Positions 40,129-51,065 of a stretch of 64,000 nt of DNA are shown piece after piece. Source of the stretch: Vicugna vicugna. Taxonomy: Eukaryota. The translations under genes and the position numbers were made by a program. The notes below the pieces were generated by a model, which ran no database searches, was not told the origin of the DNA, and was given only the letters and a program-made list of their open reading frames with translations. The first letter of the stretch is position 1; every line of letters starts with the position of its first letter. The stretch spans positions 3,236,419-3,300,418 of the forward strand of contig MU058198.1 of the NCBI GenBank assembly GCA_013265495.1, read 5' to 3'.

Positions 40129-40399
40129 AGACTCTTCCAGTTTTGCCGTGGTGCCATTTCTGGGGCATTCCTTTTTGAACAGTACCTGTTCCCTTAATGT
40201 CACACTATCCCCTTTCTTATGCATATACGTGGCCAAAGGAACAACTCCAAGTTTTCCAAAAGGCCTAGAGAACATACAGCGAGTGCCTCTCCTCTTTCCA
40301 TCTGTGTTGGTCATTTTGGTGAATTAGCGTGTGGGATGAGGGGCGCCGGGAGCCACGCGAAGGCCCTACCTGGAAGATGGCAGTTCCGGCTGAAAAGGG
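40129..40399 (-). pseudogene. RPL21: RPL21 processed pseudogene, 5' portion only
   Basis: 5'TOP leader CCTTTTCAGCCGGAACTGCCATCTTCCAG; ATG at 40314 giving [31 protein letters not shown] (cf. RPL21 [31 protein letters not shown]); indels and frameshift afterwards; no coding introns; homology stops at about GKTGRV. Confidence 0.9.
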
Positions 40400-41799
40400 G
40401 GATTATTGTAAATTTCTTAAAACTAGGATGAAGAGGAAAAAACAGGAGAAATGTCAATGAATGGCATAACACATAAAGATGGATAAATTTAAATGTTTAA
40501 AAAATAGGCTGAAAGTTATCTGCTTCAGATTTTGGTGAAAGGGTTACAAATTTTAGAACTGCCCAGCCTTGTTTACAAAATTTAACTGTTTCACAGTAAG
40601 TGTGTTCAACTAGTTTTAAGTATATTGATAAGGATTTCTGCTTTTGACTAGATTCAGTAGGAGTGTAGATTCCAACTACTCTTCGTTTTTTATCTTTCTA
40701 TCCTGGACATTTCCTGGATCTCGGTATTAATTTGAACCTCACCAAAACTTTGAAAACTTGCTTTACTTCCTGAGGTAAATTCCAAATACTTATGGGTAAG
40801 TCAAGTGTGTTCACGTACAGGAAGGCAGGTGGACAGGCAAGTAGTAAATGAAATGAATCTCAGCTAAGTCTATGCAGTTCTTCATCTTGAACTGTGAAGT
40901 TAACAGGCCAGGGCGAGCCTGCTTGTTGTGATCTACAGCGGCTGGCATGGTATCACAAATCCTCAGAGCACCACTGGGAGGCTGTCTCCCTGAGGACAGA
41001 AGGTTCACACGCACAGTGGGTCTACACTGAACTATGGGATAAAGACCTCATGTGTAGGTCTCATCTACCCATTTTGATGGAAGTTCTTCACAGGTAGGCA
41101 CTGTCATTATGATGACTATGAAACAGCTAAAGCATATAAAAGCTACACAATATTTCAACACAGAATTTTAGGTTAAAATGAATCTTACGTGAGTCATGAC
41201 GAATAACGAAACCACCCCATTTCTGTTTTATGAGTTTTCACGTTTGCTTTAAAAGTAGCATACCTTGATTTTTTTTTTTAATAGGTCCCATCCCCTAAGT
41301 AGACTTTCACTTATACGTAGAAGGTGAAAGATTGGACTGTAAAGTACCAGAGTTTGTAAGAAAGAAGCCCAAACTGGGCCTTGCAGTTTCTGAGGTAGAA
41401 TCCTCCCCAGACAGGAGAATCTGAGAATCCTCCTCAGATTCTGAAGTCCTTCATCAGGCCATCTCAGCCCAGCTCAGCTTTCTTCTCCCACCGATCAGGA
41501 CTTGCAAAACATACACAAATGACTAGCGCAGAGTCGATGCTAAGTATTAATGGATTATAAGCCTGATTTTTCCTTCAAACCATGAATGTAGCAGAAATCC
41601 ACCTCTCTTCCAGCTTGATAGTTCAGATCCTCAGGGCTTCTCCCTTCACTGAAGCAGTTCTAAAGGTTCCATATCTTTCAGAAAGTCTTCCTTACTTCAA
41701 CAGACGAGCATTCCCTTTAAGCCTGTCGTCTCTACATGCAATGGGCTTTGCATCTCCTACTGACTCAAAACTCCACAAAATACATTTGCTACACAGGTA

Positions 41800-41805
41800 T
41801 TTATT
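41800..41805 (-). terminator. Candidate proximal GGA2 polyadenylation signal AATAAA
   Basis: AATAAA about 950 nt after the stop, followed by GU/U-rich TGTATTTTGTGGAGTTTTG. Confidence 0.5.
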
Positions 41806-42757
41806 CAACGACTTTCTATATTTAGTCACCATTTAAATCACTGCTAAACTCTTCATGTCTTATTTGCATCACAGTTCTTCATCTTGGATTGTGAAGTCAA
41901 CAGGCCAGGGCGAGCCTGTTCACTATGATTTACAATGACTGGCATGGTATCACAATCAAAGAGCTTGTGGAGAAAAAGGATGAGGATGGAGATGAGGGTC
42001 CTGAGGAAGGGTCCAGACAGGCTGCCCAACCCACGGAACCTGAGGCCTGAATAAGGCCTGGGATCTGCTCTCCCCTCTGTCCTGGAGGGTCCATCTATGG
42101 TGATTCTAAGGCACAGTGGTAAAGGACATGATTGGCCCACAAGTGTGGTCCTCTGGTCCAGAGGCAGCCCCTCGCCTAGGGAACAGTGCAACAAGCATTC
42201 CATTTAGAAGATCGTCCTGAACATATGCAAGCAGCATTCGCTAATGGAAATGGAGACTAGGTCTTTCTTGGAAGAGAGGGCTCCAGAAGACACTCTCTGC
42301 CCCAAGACCAACCAGGTCCCTTGAAGGTCCCTGAGAACAGCAGCCTGGGAGCAACCAAGACTTTCAAAGGCTGACAAGGCACAGAGTGGATGAATGAAAA
42401 GATAATAATAAATGGAAAAAAACAACAACTTTGGCTTATAAAACCTCCAACCTGAGGCAGGGACAGTGTCCACCGACATGCAAAACCAGATATGATTACA
42501 GCAGGTGGTTACCAGAAACGCTTTAGCATTTCCCACCTGCTCACATCCCAAGCCCTGCTCTACCCTCCCCCTCGGCCCCCCAGCAACACACACACGCACA
42601 CACACAGTATCTGCAGAGCGAGTCAGGGGCTGGCATCCAGAGCCTGACGTCAGGATAGAGCTCTTGGCACTCTGCACTAAATCACTGTGCTCAGTCCTAC
42701 CTACACAGCAAGAGTAACACTGGCCTAAGCTTGGGTGGCAGGGTCTGTCCTGCGGAG

Positions 42758-42868
42758 TTAGGCTGCACCCAAGACTGCCAGGTCTGGGAAGTCTTTCACT
42801 TCTCCTACTTCGCTGAAAGGCTGTCCGCCCTGGTTGAATGTCAGCTTATACCGTAACCGGATGGGTTC
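42758..42868 (-). CDS. GGA2: GGA2 terminal coding exon 17 (EPIRLRYKLTFNQGGQPFSEVGEVKDFPDLAVLGAA*)
   Basis: CCCAG| acceptor; TAA stop at 42760-42758. Confidence 0.96.
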   Translation of the reverse strand, partial: EPIRLRYKLTFNQGGQPFSEVGEVKDFPDLAVLGAA

Positions 42869-43299
42869 CTGGGCAAAGATGAAAGATGCTGAGTTAGAGG
42901 GGAGTGACACAGAGACCCACAGGCAAAGCCCTGACCCACCCAACAGTCACCCAGCAACAGTGTATGTCTGTAAACTCCACGCAGGAGAGGGCTTCGAGCT
43001 GTATGGCAAGAACACCCTGGCCTAGACCCTCTAGGACTACAAACACAAAGGGAGCCAGGCATGCATCCCCGAAGTCCTCCCACACCGCTGCAGTCCTGGG
43101 GCGGAAACCAGCTAAGGAAGAGACTGGGCTAGCCCTTTCAGAAGGTTCTATGATATTAGGGAGAGTGTGTACCACTCCCTTGGTTCCCAGCTATGACAAT
43201 GTCACAGATCTTTCAATAAGCCCCAAAGGAAAGTGGACTCCAGCGAGGGATAGTCCACTACCAGCGCAACCAAAGCAGAGGCAGAGATGTCTTTTAAAT

Positions 43300-43434
43300 T
43301 CTTTTAGCAATTTTTTGTTTTGTTGTTTTGAGGGTCGAGGGGAAGTAATCAGATTTATTAATTAGGTTTATTTCTTAATGTAGGTACTGGGGATTGAACC
43401 CAGAACCTCCTTGGTGCTAAGCGTGCACTCCACC
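43300..43434 (-). mobile_element. Vic-1-like SINE, 5'-truncated, in GGA2 intron 16
   Basis: B box GGTTCAATCCCCAGTACCT on the minus strand plus tail. Confidence 0.75.
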
Positions 43435-43553
43435 GTCTCCACCAAGGTGGAGACTTCAGGGCAAGACCTCAATATACCTCTCCCTATCCACCAAGCTGCC
43501 TCTCTAGAGACCGGGGCCCCCGTCTCCCTGCTATCATAGATACCAGGACGTAC

Positions 43554-43664
43554 TTTGTGTGGATTGTCGAGCAGCAGCATCTGAGAGATCACAGCTGGAG
43601 GCATCAAAGGACTGAAAGCAGGAAGCTTGGAGCTGGACGCTGGCTGCAGCTTCACTCTCATTGA
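43554..43664 (-). CDS. GGA2: GGA2 exon 16 (SMRVKLQPASSSKLPAFSPLMPPAVISQMLLLDNPHK)
   Basis: CGACAG| acceptor, AAA|GTACG donor; 111 nt. Confidence 0.96.
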
Positions 43665-44628
43665 CTGTCGGGGGAAAAACCCAACATATAACACATACCT
43701 AACAAATGGCAGCTTCAGTGAGGGAGACCAGGGGACCAGGAGAGCTGGGTTGCCACCCCAGCAACTGATGACAGAACCCAGAAGACCCTTCCCTCTACAC
43801 ATGGACGTATCTAAGTTGTGTGGTCAGTGGCTGGCTTCTGAGAGGCAGCATGAAGAATGAGGGCACATCTTGGGCTGAATTCTAACTCTGCCTCTTACTA
43901 GCTCTGTGATCTTGGGCAAAGTGTTTAACCTTTCTGAACCTTGGACAGATAATTTATAAGATAGAGGTAATATTATATACCCTACAAAACCACCATAGAG
44001 TATTAGAAGACATACAATTTATTTTTGTCTGCCTTGCATGCTTCCTTCAGGACATGCCCCTTCCTCATTTTTTTTTTTTTTGTGATTCTTGGATGGCTGT
44101 TAATTACTGGAGACCTACTTTCCTTGAAAAAGGGAAATAATATCCAACTTGGCCGGAGTACCTCACGTCCCTTAAAATACAAATTACTGGTCCAAGGTAT
44201 GCAAGTAACACCAACAAGGCCAATCCCAGCCCCCTCATGGGTATCAGCATGCACGCCTCAGGCCAGGGGAGCTTCGAGACAAAAGGGTTCAGGACCACGT
44301 AACTCAGGAGATGCTAGTAGCCATTTCCCTGCTTGTGGAGTCTGTCAGAGAACAGTTCCAAGGAGGAAAAGCAAAGTTAAAAGAGATGGAAAGTGACAGA
44401 TTCTTAAGGAATTATTTAAGAACTGATCTGGATCCAGCCACATCTGAAGTCAGACATTCAGGAAGCCCCAGGTAAATGAGCTGACAAGATTCCCCCTTTA
44501 TCAGAAACTACTCTGAGTGAAGATGCTGACCTTACACCTCATCAGTAATGCCCTAGCCGTGGACCTGGTGCTGAAAAATGACAGTCTTTATGGAAACATT
44601 CAAAGGAGCTGGTCAGCAGCGGCCTCAC

Positions 44629-44798
44629 CTTTGGCACAGCCACTTGAAACATGATGTCCCACACAGGCTGGGTGGCGGTGCTCATCATGGTCAGCAGTAA
44701 CACCTGCACCTCTGGGTGGCCAGGGGCCCCCGTCTGGGAAAAGTGGAGCAGGATTCTGAACCCGTTCCGGTCATACACGATAATAGGAGGCAGGCTGC
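44629..44798 (-). CDS. GGA2: GGA2 exon 15, GAE domain (SLPPIIVYDRNGFRILLHFSQTG...FQVAVPK)
   Basis: TGCCAG| acceptor, AAG|GTGAG donor; 170 nt. Confidence 0.96.
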
Positions 44799-46977
44799 CT
44801 GGCAGAGAGGGGTGCAACCAAAGGATTAGTGCCGCTACAAACTCCCCAGACAGCCGTGCTTGAAAGAGACGTGCACACGTCACCCGTGCTGCGGCTTCTC
44901 CGGTCACAGTAGCGCTTGGACTTAACCCTTCTGCACCACCACAACCCGAGTCCTCATTATCTTTGCTTGGACCCCTATGACGTTCCAAACCCATCCAACC
45001 ATCCTACTATACTGCCAGTTTCAAAAAATTTTTTGAGGAATAAATGATTATGATTAAAATAATGTATGAATCTACAGAAAATATAGGCTGCCACAAAGAA
45101 TGAAATAAAAAACACCCTTAATTCTACCCAGAAACAAGCACTGCTAACATTCGGGCCTACATCCTTCTGGTCCCTTTCGTATGACTACACACATATACAC
45201 ATCTCTTACTTATAAAACTGTAAAGACAGCAGAGCTCTTCAAGTTAACAGGTTTTAGAAATACTAAAAGGATTGTTCTAATTTAGCTAAGAAATGATTCT
45301 AAAGTTAATTCTGGGGGGAAAAAAATACTTGAGACTAACCATTAAAAGAGGAGGGGGAGTAGGGCTATTTGCATTAACAAATACTCATATGTACAAACTG
45401 CAGTTCAAGCAAAGCATACAGAACAGACCCAAATGAGAATTAACATGCTAAGAGCACATAGTTCAAAATCAGTGGCTGCTTTAATAAATGGCAGACAACT
45501 GGCTAATCATCTGAAAAAAATGTTACTGAAGATCCTTATCTCATGACAAACATCACTTATCAAAATGCACTATATTAGAAAAATACAGTTTAAAAACGAA
45601 AATCTCAAAGATTTAAAAGACTGAAAAGACTCATGAGGTATGGTAGTAAGCGTATGGGGAAAGGGGCAATCTTTCTAGAAGGGAACTTGGTAATGAAGGT
45701 CAACATTTTAAATGTCTACACTCAGTATCTCCACTTTTAAGTATATATCCAAATGAAATAATCAGGAAAGTTTAAAAAGTGGGTCTCTAGTTTTTGCAGT
45801 GGGATGTTCACTGTTACACATGCAGTAAACAGCTGGAAACAAATTATCCTTCAGAAAGGAACTGAATAAATGAATTACAGTACATCTGTTAGTGCTACAA
45901 GTATGGATCCAAGAAAAAGCAAACGCTTTGAAAAGTAATTAAGAGCATGAAACACTGCTATGGCTTATAACAGTAAATAAAGCAGGATATGAAATCGTCT
46001 ATATATGCTATGGTGACAATTTATTAAGTATATGTATGTATGTATGTACATAGATAAGACAGGAAAATAAGACATTAACGGAACTTCCATCTCTAGACAG
46101 TAACGGTACAGATGATTTTTAGTTTTCTGCTCTATTCTTTTTGGAAACAATACTGAACAATTTTTGTTTTTAATTTTGTTTTGTGATAACTTCAAATTCA
46201 TAAAAAGTTACAAAAACACAAAGAATTCCAATATGCCCTTCAGCCAGCTTCGTCAAATGTTAACACTTTACATATAACCACAATACAATGATCAAAGCCA
46301 GGAAATTAACACTGAACATGTATTACGTTTAAATAAAAAAATAAAGAAAAAAAAAATAAAGTAAGTGTGCAAAGGGCTCCCACTGCTTGCTGACTTTATT
46401 TCCTCTACCTGGTTCCAAGGCCCTCTGTGATCTGACCTCACCACACTGAGCCCCAGGAGGGCCCTGTGCCCAGGGAAGGGGCCAGAAGCCCTAGACCCGA
46501 AGGCCCCAGTTGTTTCCTGCTCATTTGCCAGCGCGCTGACCATAGACAGTCACCTGGCTTAGCTGGGCTTTTACTTTCCTTTCCTTTGTAAGGGAGGTTA
46601 GCATCCACTTTTCCTGCTTTAATGAGGATCGCCAGAGGAAGAGGATCACCAGCCAAACTCTTCCTCTCCTTCTAATTACATCTTTGAGTTATTTCATCAC
46701 ACTGAACATTCCTTCTTGAATTCCAAATGAATGAGCATCATGTCCCTGAGTGGACTAATTAAATTCTACCTGCCAATAACTTTCAGTGTCAACCTAAAGA
46801 CAGAGAAAATTAAGAAAAATATTAGCTAGGAGACCACGAAGCCATCCACCTTATCCTCTCCCCCAGGCAGCCTCTCTCCACCACTCATCTTCACCAGTTT
46901 AAGAGCCACTCCTACCAATCCAGTGTGGATAAAGCTGGGTGTCTAACAGAGGGGAGGGGGTGTGAAACTGTACTTAC

Positions 46978-47135
46978 TGGGCTTAACGGACTCCAAAGGG
47001 ACAAACACTTGAGCCAGAGGTGTGTTCTGGGAAGACGGGGAAGAAGTCGATGGGCCAGCCTCCCAGGACCAACCTGGAGAGGACTTAGTACCCGGTGGCA
47101 CTTCCTTGGGGATACTTTTCTGTGGAATATAATTC
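46978..47135 (-). CDS. GGA2: GGA2 exon 14 (NYIPQKSIPKEVPPGTKSSPGWSWEAG...QVFVPLESVKP)
   Basis: TTTGCAG| acceptor, A|GTAAG donor; 158 nt. Confidence 0.94.
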
Positions 47136-48056
47136 CTGCAAAGAAATAATAAATATTAAGACTGGCAAAAATTGTAGAGAATTCTAGGAATCTGTGATTC
47201 GGCTTTCTGAAGAAAAAGGGGGAAAAATAAATACACATGCATGTGTATGTGGGTGTATATACACATTTAAGGGTATATGACTTTAGACAAGTTATCTAAC
47301 CTATGCCTCAGTTTTCTTATCTGTAAAGTGGGGATAGTTTAGTGTCTACTTGATAGGGTTGTCATAAGAATTAAATGAGAAAGTGTAGGAAAAGCACTGA
47401 GTGGAATGTGTGCACATGATAAGGATCCAATAACCTAATTAACACTGTACTCGTCAGGCAGTCCTGACAACAAGCTCAGGCAGGTCAAGCTTCCCATACA
47501 GAGTGACATAAGCTAGCAAGGTGACAGCACAAATTACACTGACCACTTCATTCATACTTCTTCATGATCTTGTCCATTTGGGATGCAAATCAAAACATTT
47601 TTGGAAAACTTAAGTCCAGACAGAAGTTAACTGACCAAAATTAGAACTACTGGCCCCCTGAGGAGCAATTAGAAAGAGTAAACTAGGAAGCCAGCCCCTA
47701 TGGGTGCAAACAGGAATAACCCCCCAGCACATCACGTCCCCAGAGCCCTGAGATCTCCATCAGGGGCGCAGGCTCTCAGGCTGTCTGGGGGAAGGCAAGA
47801 TGCTCCAGCCTTGCCAGAGGCAAAGGGACAGGATCTATGAGAGTGTGTTTATATTCATAGTATACATCTGTACTACAGGAACACTCCAAGTGCCTCCGAA
47901 CCGGAAGCTATGTAAATACCCACAAGAGGGAAATGATTAAAGATATATTATGCATATAACGTATGTGAATTATTATAAACTATTATAATGAGGTAAATGT
48001 ATATAAACTAGTATGAAAATGTGTCAAAGATATGTGATATTAAAGAACCACCCTGG

Positions 48057-48131
48057 GGTAGAGGGCGTGCCTAGAATGCGCAACGTCCTGGGTTCAATCC
48101 CTGGTACTTCCCTTAAAAATAAATAAATAAA

Positions 48132-48179
<48 letters not shown>

Positions 48180-48261
48180 TAAATAAATAAATAAAAATAA
48201 TTACCTCCCCTCTGCCAAATAAGCCAAATAAACTTAAAAATAATAAATAAATTTTTTTTTA
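48057..48261 (+). mobile_element. Vic-1-like SINE, 5'-truncated, with (TAAG)n/(TAAA)n tail and 15-bp TSD
   Basis: TSD AAAGAACCACCCTGG at 48042-48056 and 48262-48276; B box GGTTCAATCC. Confidence 0.85.
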
Positions 48262-48733
48262 AAAGAACCACCCTGGAGTACAGTTTGGAAATTATAATCT
48301 CATTTGTGTAAAAATAAGCCACAATAACATTACTACATGTATACGGAAAAAGCAAACAAGGAACATTCAACACTGTCTTTTAGGAGTGATATTTGGGCCT
48401 TTCTATATTATCTATTTCTCTAGTGATCTAATTTTGCTCTACTTCAAATTACATCAAAATCAGGAAAGCAAAAACCCACCTATAAGGACCAAAAACATCA
48501 CCAGCATTCACTGCTATCACTCCTTAACTAAACCCCTTTACGGAGGTCCTGGCCGAAGCATGTATTTTCCTGACTTAGGATGGGGAGTAAAAGGCACGGC
48601 GCACACTGAGCAGGAAGCAAGCAGCCCGTCCAGGGAGAGCGGTACCCGGGGCCCTTCTGCCTGGGCCCTGCACAGCAATTGTGAACTGCACACAGGGGCA
48701 GCCCCCTCCACGCTCCTTGCCCACCAGACTCAC

Positions 48734-48867
48734 AGACGTCCTGGAGACGGCTGTGGGGAGAGGAGATCCAGCAAGTTCCTTTCTGTAGAAGGGCTCTGAA
48801 CACCTCCGCCTGGCAGTGTGCTGGCAGTGGGATTCCTCTTTTCCTGACAGCAGTTCTGACCAGCAAC
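48734..48867 (-). CDS. GGA2: GGA2 exon 13, hinge with LLDLL motif (VAGQNCCQEKRNPTASTLPGGGVQSPSTERNLLDLLSPQPSPGR)
   Basis: TTTGACAG| acceptor, CT|GTGAGT donor; 134 nt. Confidence 0.93.
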
Positions 48868-49245
48868 CTGTCAAACCAGGAATGGCTAAAGTAAGGCCAG
48901 AGTATGAATGACTAGGAGCCGTGGTGACACCGGGCACAGATCTCCTGACCCTAAAGCCGCTGCAGCCCAGCCCGCTACTCCATTTCCTGGGGCGGGAGAA
49001 GAAAGAGCAAGAGAACAGGACTCCTGAGCAGACCTTTAGTAAGGAGGAGTCTGGACGCGACGGAAGAGGGCAGCGATAGAAGGAGAGCAAAAAGACATCT
49101 CCCTCCAGGGGTTCAAGCCAGACAGTGCAGCTGAGGGAAAGGCTTCAGACCTCCAAGTCCACGAGTGCCCGGCCATGCTGGAGCCCCCTCCCCACCCAGG
49201 CAGCACTGCCCTCTCCTCTCCCGCCCCGAGGAAGGGCCTCCTTAC

Positions 49246-49274
49246 CTTGCTGGTAACTGGGGCATCACTGATTC
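49246..49274 (-). CDS. GGA2: GGA2 exon 12, 29-nt microexon (GISDAPVTSK)
   Basis: TTGCAG| acceptor, AAG|GTAAG donor; needed to keep frame between exons 11 and 13. Confidence 0.92.
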
Positions 49275-49554
49275 CTGCAAGGAAGGGACAGGTGCACGTC
49301 AGTAACTCTACCTGATACAAAACTGGAGATCAATACCATGCCCATCCTTTCTAGAACATTTAGAAAGCCTAGACAGAACAAACTACCCAAACTCACTCAA
49401 CTCATCCATGGTAAATCTGAGCCTAAGTGCAAGGAGGACCTCTCTGAACTTCCTGGTGGACCCAATTCCTTCTAAAAACAGGCATGCCCTCCCCCAGGGG
49501 AGCCAGCTCACAACTCTCCCTGGCTGTGCCTGCTCCCCAAACACTCGCCCTCAC

Positions 49555-49677
49555 CTAAAGCTGCCAGGTCCTGATGCAGTAACGAGGGCGCTGCAGTCCC
49601 AGCCTGCTCAGATCCACTGTCCACCTCCAAGTCAATCAGGGGGCAGTTCTTCACACAGCCCGTTGGATTTTGAAAGA
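49555..49677 (-). CDS. GGA2: GGA2 exon 11, hinge with LIDLE clathrin box (VFQNPTGCVKNCPLIDLEVDSG...HQDLAAL)
   Basis: TTTCTAG| acceptor, G|GTGAG donor; 123 nt; read by hand. Confidence 0.94.
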
Positions 49678-50388
49678 CTAGAAACAGACAGTTAGCAAAG
49701 CCAGTCCATCAGAATAAGGGAAAAGGCCGTCAGTTCCCCTCAGGCCTCCTCCCCATCAAAACACATCACATCGCCCCTCCCTTCATAAACACCTTCCACC
49801 TCAGCTGCCTAGCCTGACTCACTGCCTTGACTGGCCTCTGAAATACAAGGTAGTCAGAGGGGCTGCCTTCCCACCCCAGCAGTCACAGAATCCTCCGGGG
49901 GTCCGTTCACCCTGCCGCAGCTCCTGCTCAGAGGCTTTTTGAGGTTTCTGACCACAGCTGATCAGTGCAGGATAAAAACGTGGGTCCCCAGCTCCAGCCT
50001 TGGTTCAGCAGGTCCAAGAATCTGCACTGTAACCAGTATTCCAGATGATTCTGATTTAGCTAGCCTGGCAATGGGAACCTCTGAAGATCACTGTTTTGGT
50101 GTCTAGCTCCTATAAGTAAGCACTCTAGAGAGAAGAAATCCAAACCTGGTCACAATACAGCCACCTGCTTCTGTGTGTAGCCAAAGCCAGGGTCCAGCCT
50201 GGCAGTCAGGCCACAGTGGCACACGGGACAGAGGCTGCCTAGATGAGACCAATTCTCATAGGAAAGGGAAAAGAGGGCACGCTCTCTCATTTCTACACCA
50301 TAACCCCGAAAGCTCTGAGGATCCCTTCCTTCCTGGTATCTGCAGGCTACCCCACGGCAGAGGGCGGGGAGAGGCTCTCTGCATGTAC

Positions 50389-50514
50389 CTCTGGAGACAG
50401 GTATGTCTCCCACGGAGCTGATCGCTGTGTTCCCAAAGATGGCACGGCCCTCCATCACCTGTTTGTACAGCAGAACTCCCTGGGTGAGGAGGTCATTTGC
50501 CTGGAGAATCTCCA
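50389..50514 (-). CDS. GGA2: GGA2 exon 10 (VEILQANDLLTQGVLLYKQVMEGR...DIPVSR)
   Basis: CTTCAG| acceptor, G|GTACA donor; 126 nt. Confidence 0.95.
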
Positions 50515-50744
50515 CTGAAGGAAGAGAGGACAATCAGAACCCCCTGGTGTAGCTACCAACAATCTCAGTCTCTGAGCCATTCCACAGAGCGGCCGTCACG
50601 GCTCTCCCAGCTAGAGTACACCCATGCCTCCTGCTCCCAGATCGTGGGATCAGGCCCCAAGCAGGCCCAGTCACTCAATCCCTGAACCCCAACATTTTTC
50701 TTCTCAGGATGTAGAAGGGACCAAACTTTTTCACTTTCTTTGCC

Positions 50745-51065
50745 TATACTGTCCAATGTGATGGCCAATACTTGAAATATGGCTCTTTCAACTGAGGAAC
50801 TAAAACTTTAATTTTTAAATTAAAACGAAAACTTAAAGCTATTTTGTCAATGTGGGTACTAATATCAAAAGAAATTTTTGGTGCTTTACTCAGTTATTGG
50901 AAACTTTAAGTGTGTAAGCAACAACCTGGTACATAAATCTACTTTTTCACCAGTAAATTTTATAAAATCTAAGTATAGGTCAAGTATTTCTGATGAAAAT
51001 TTGACATCCAAATTGCAATGTCCTGTAAGTATAAAATACACAGTGGATTTCAAAAATGTCAAGAG
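50745..51065 (+). mobile_element. Charlie1/MER33-type hAT transposon relic with transposase C-terminal remnant
   Basis: The translation KSTFSPVNFIKSKYRSSISDENLTSKL resembles the hAT dimerisation domain. Confidence 0.65.
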
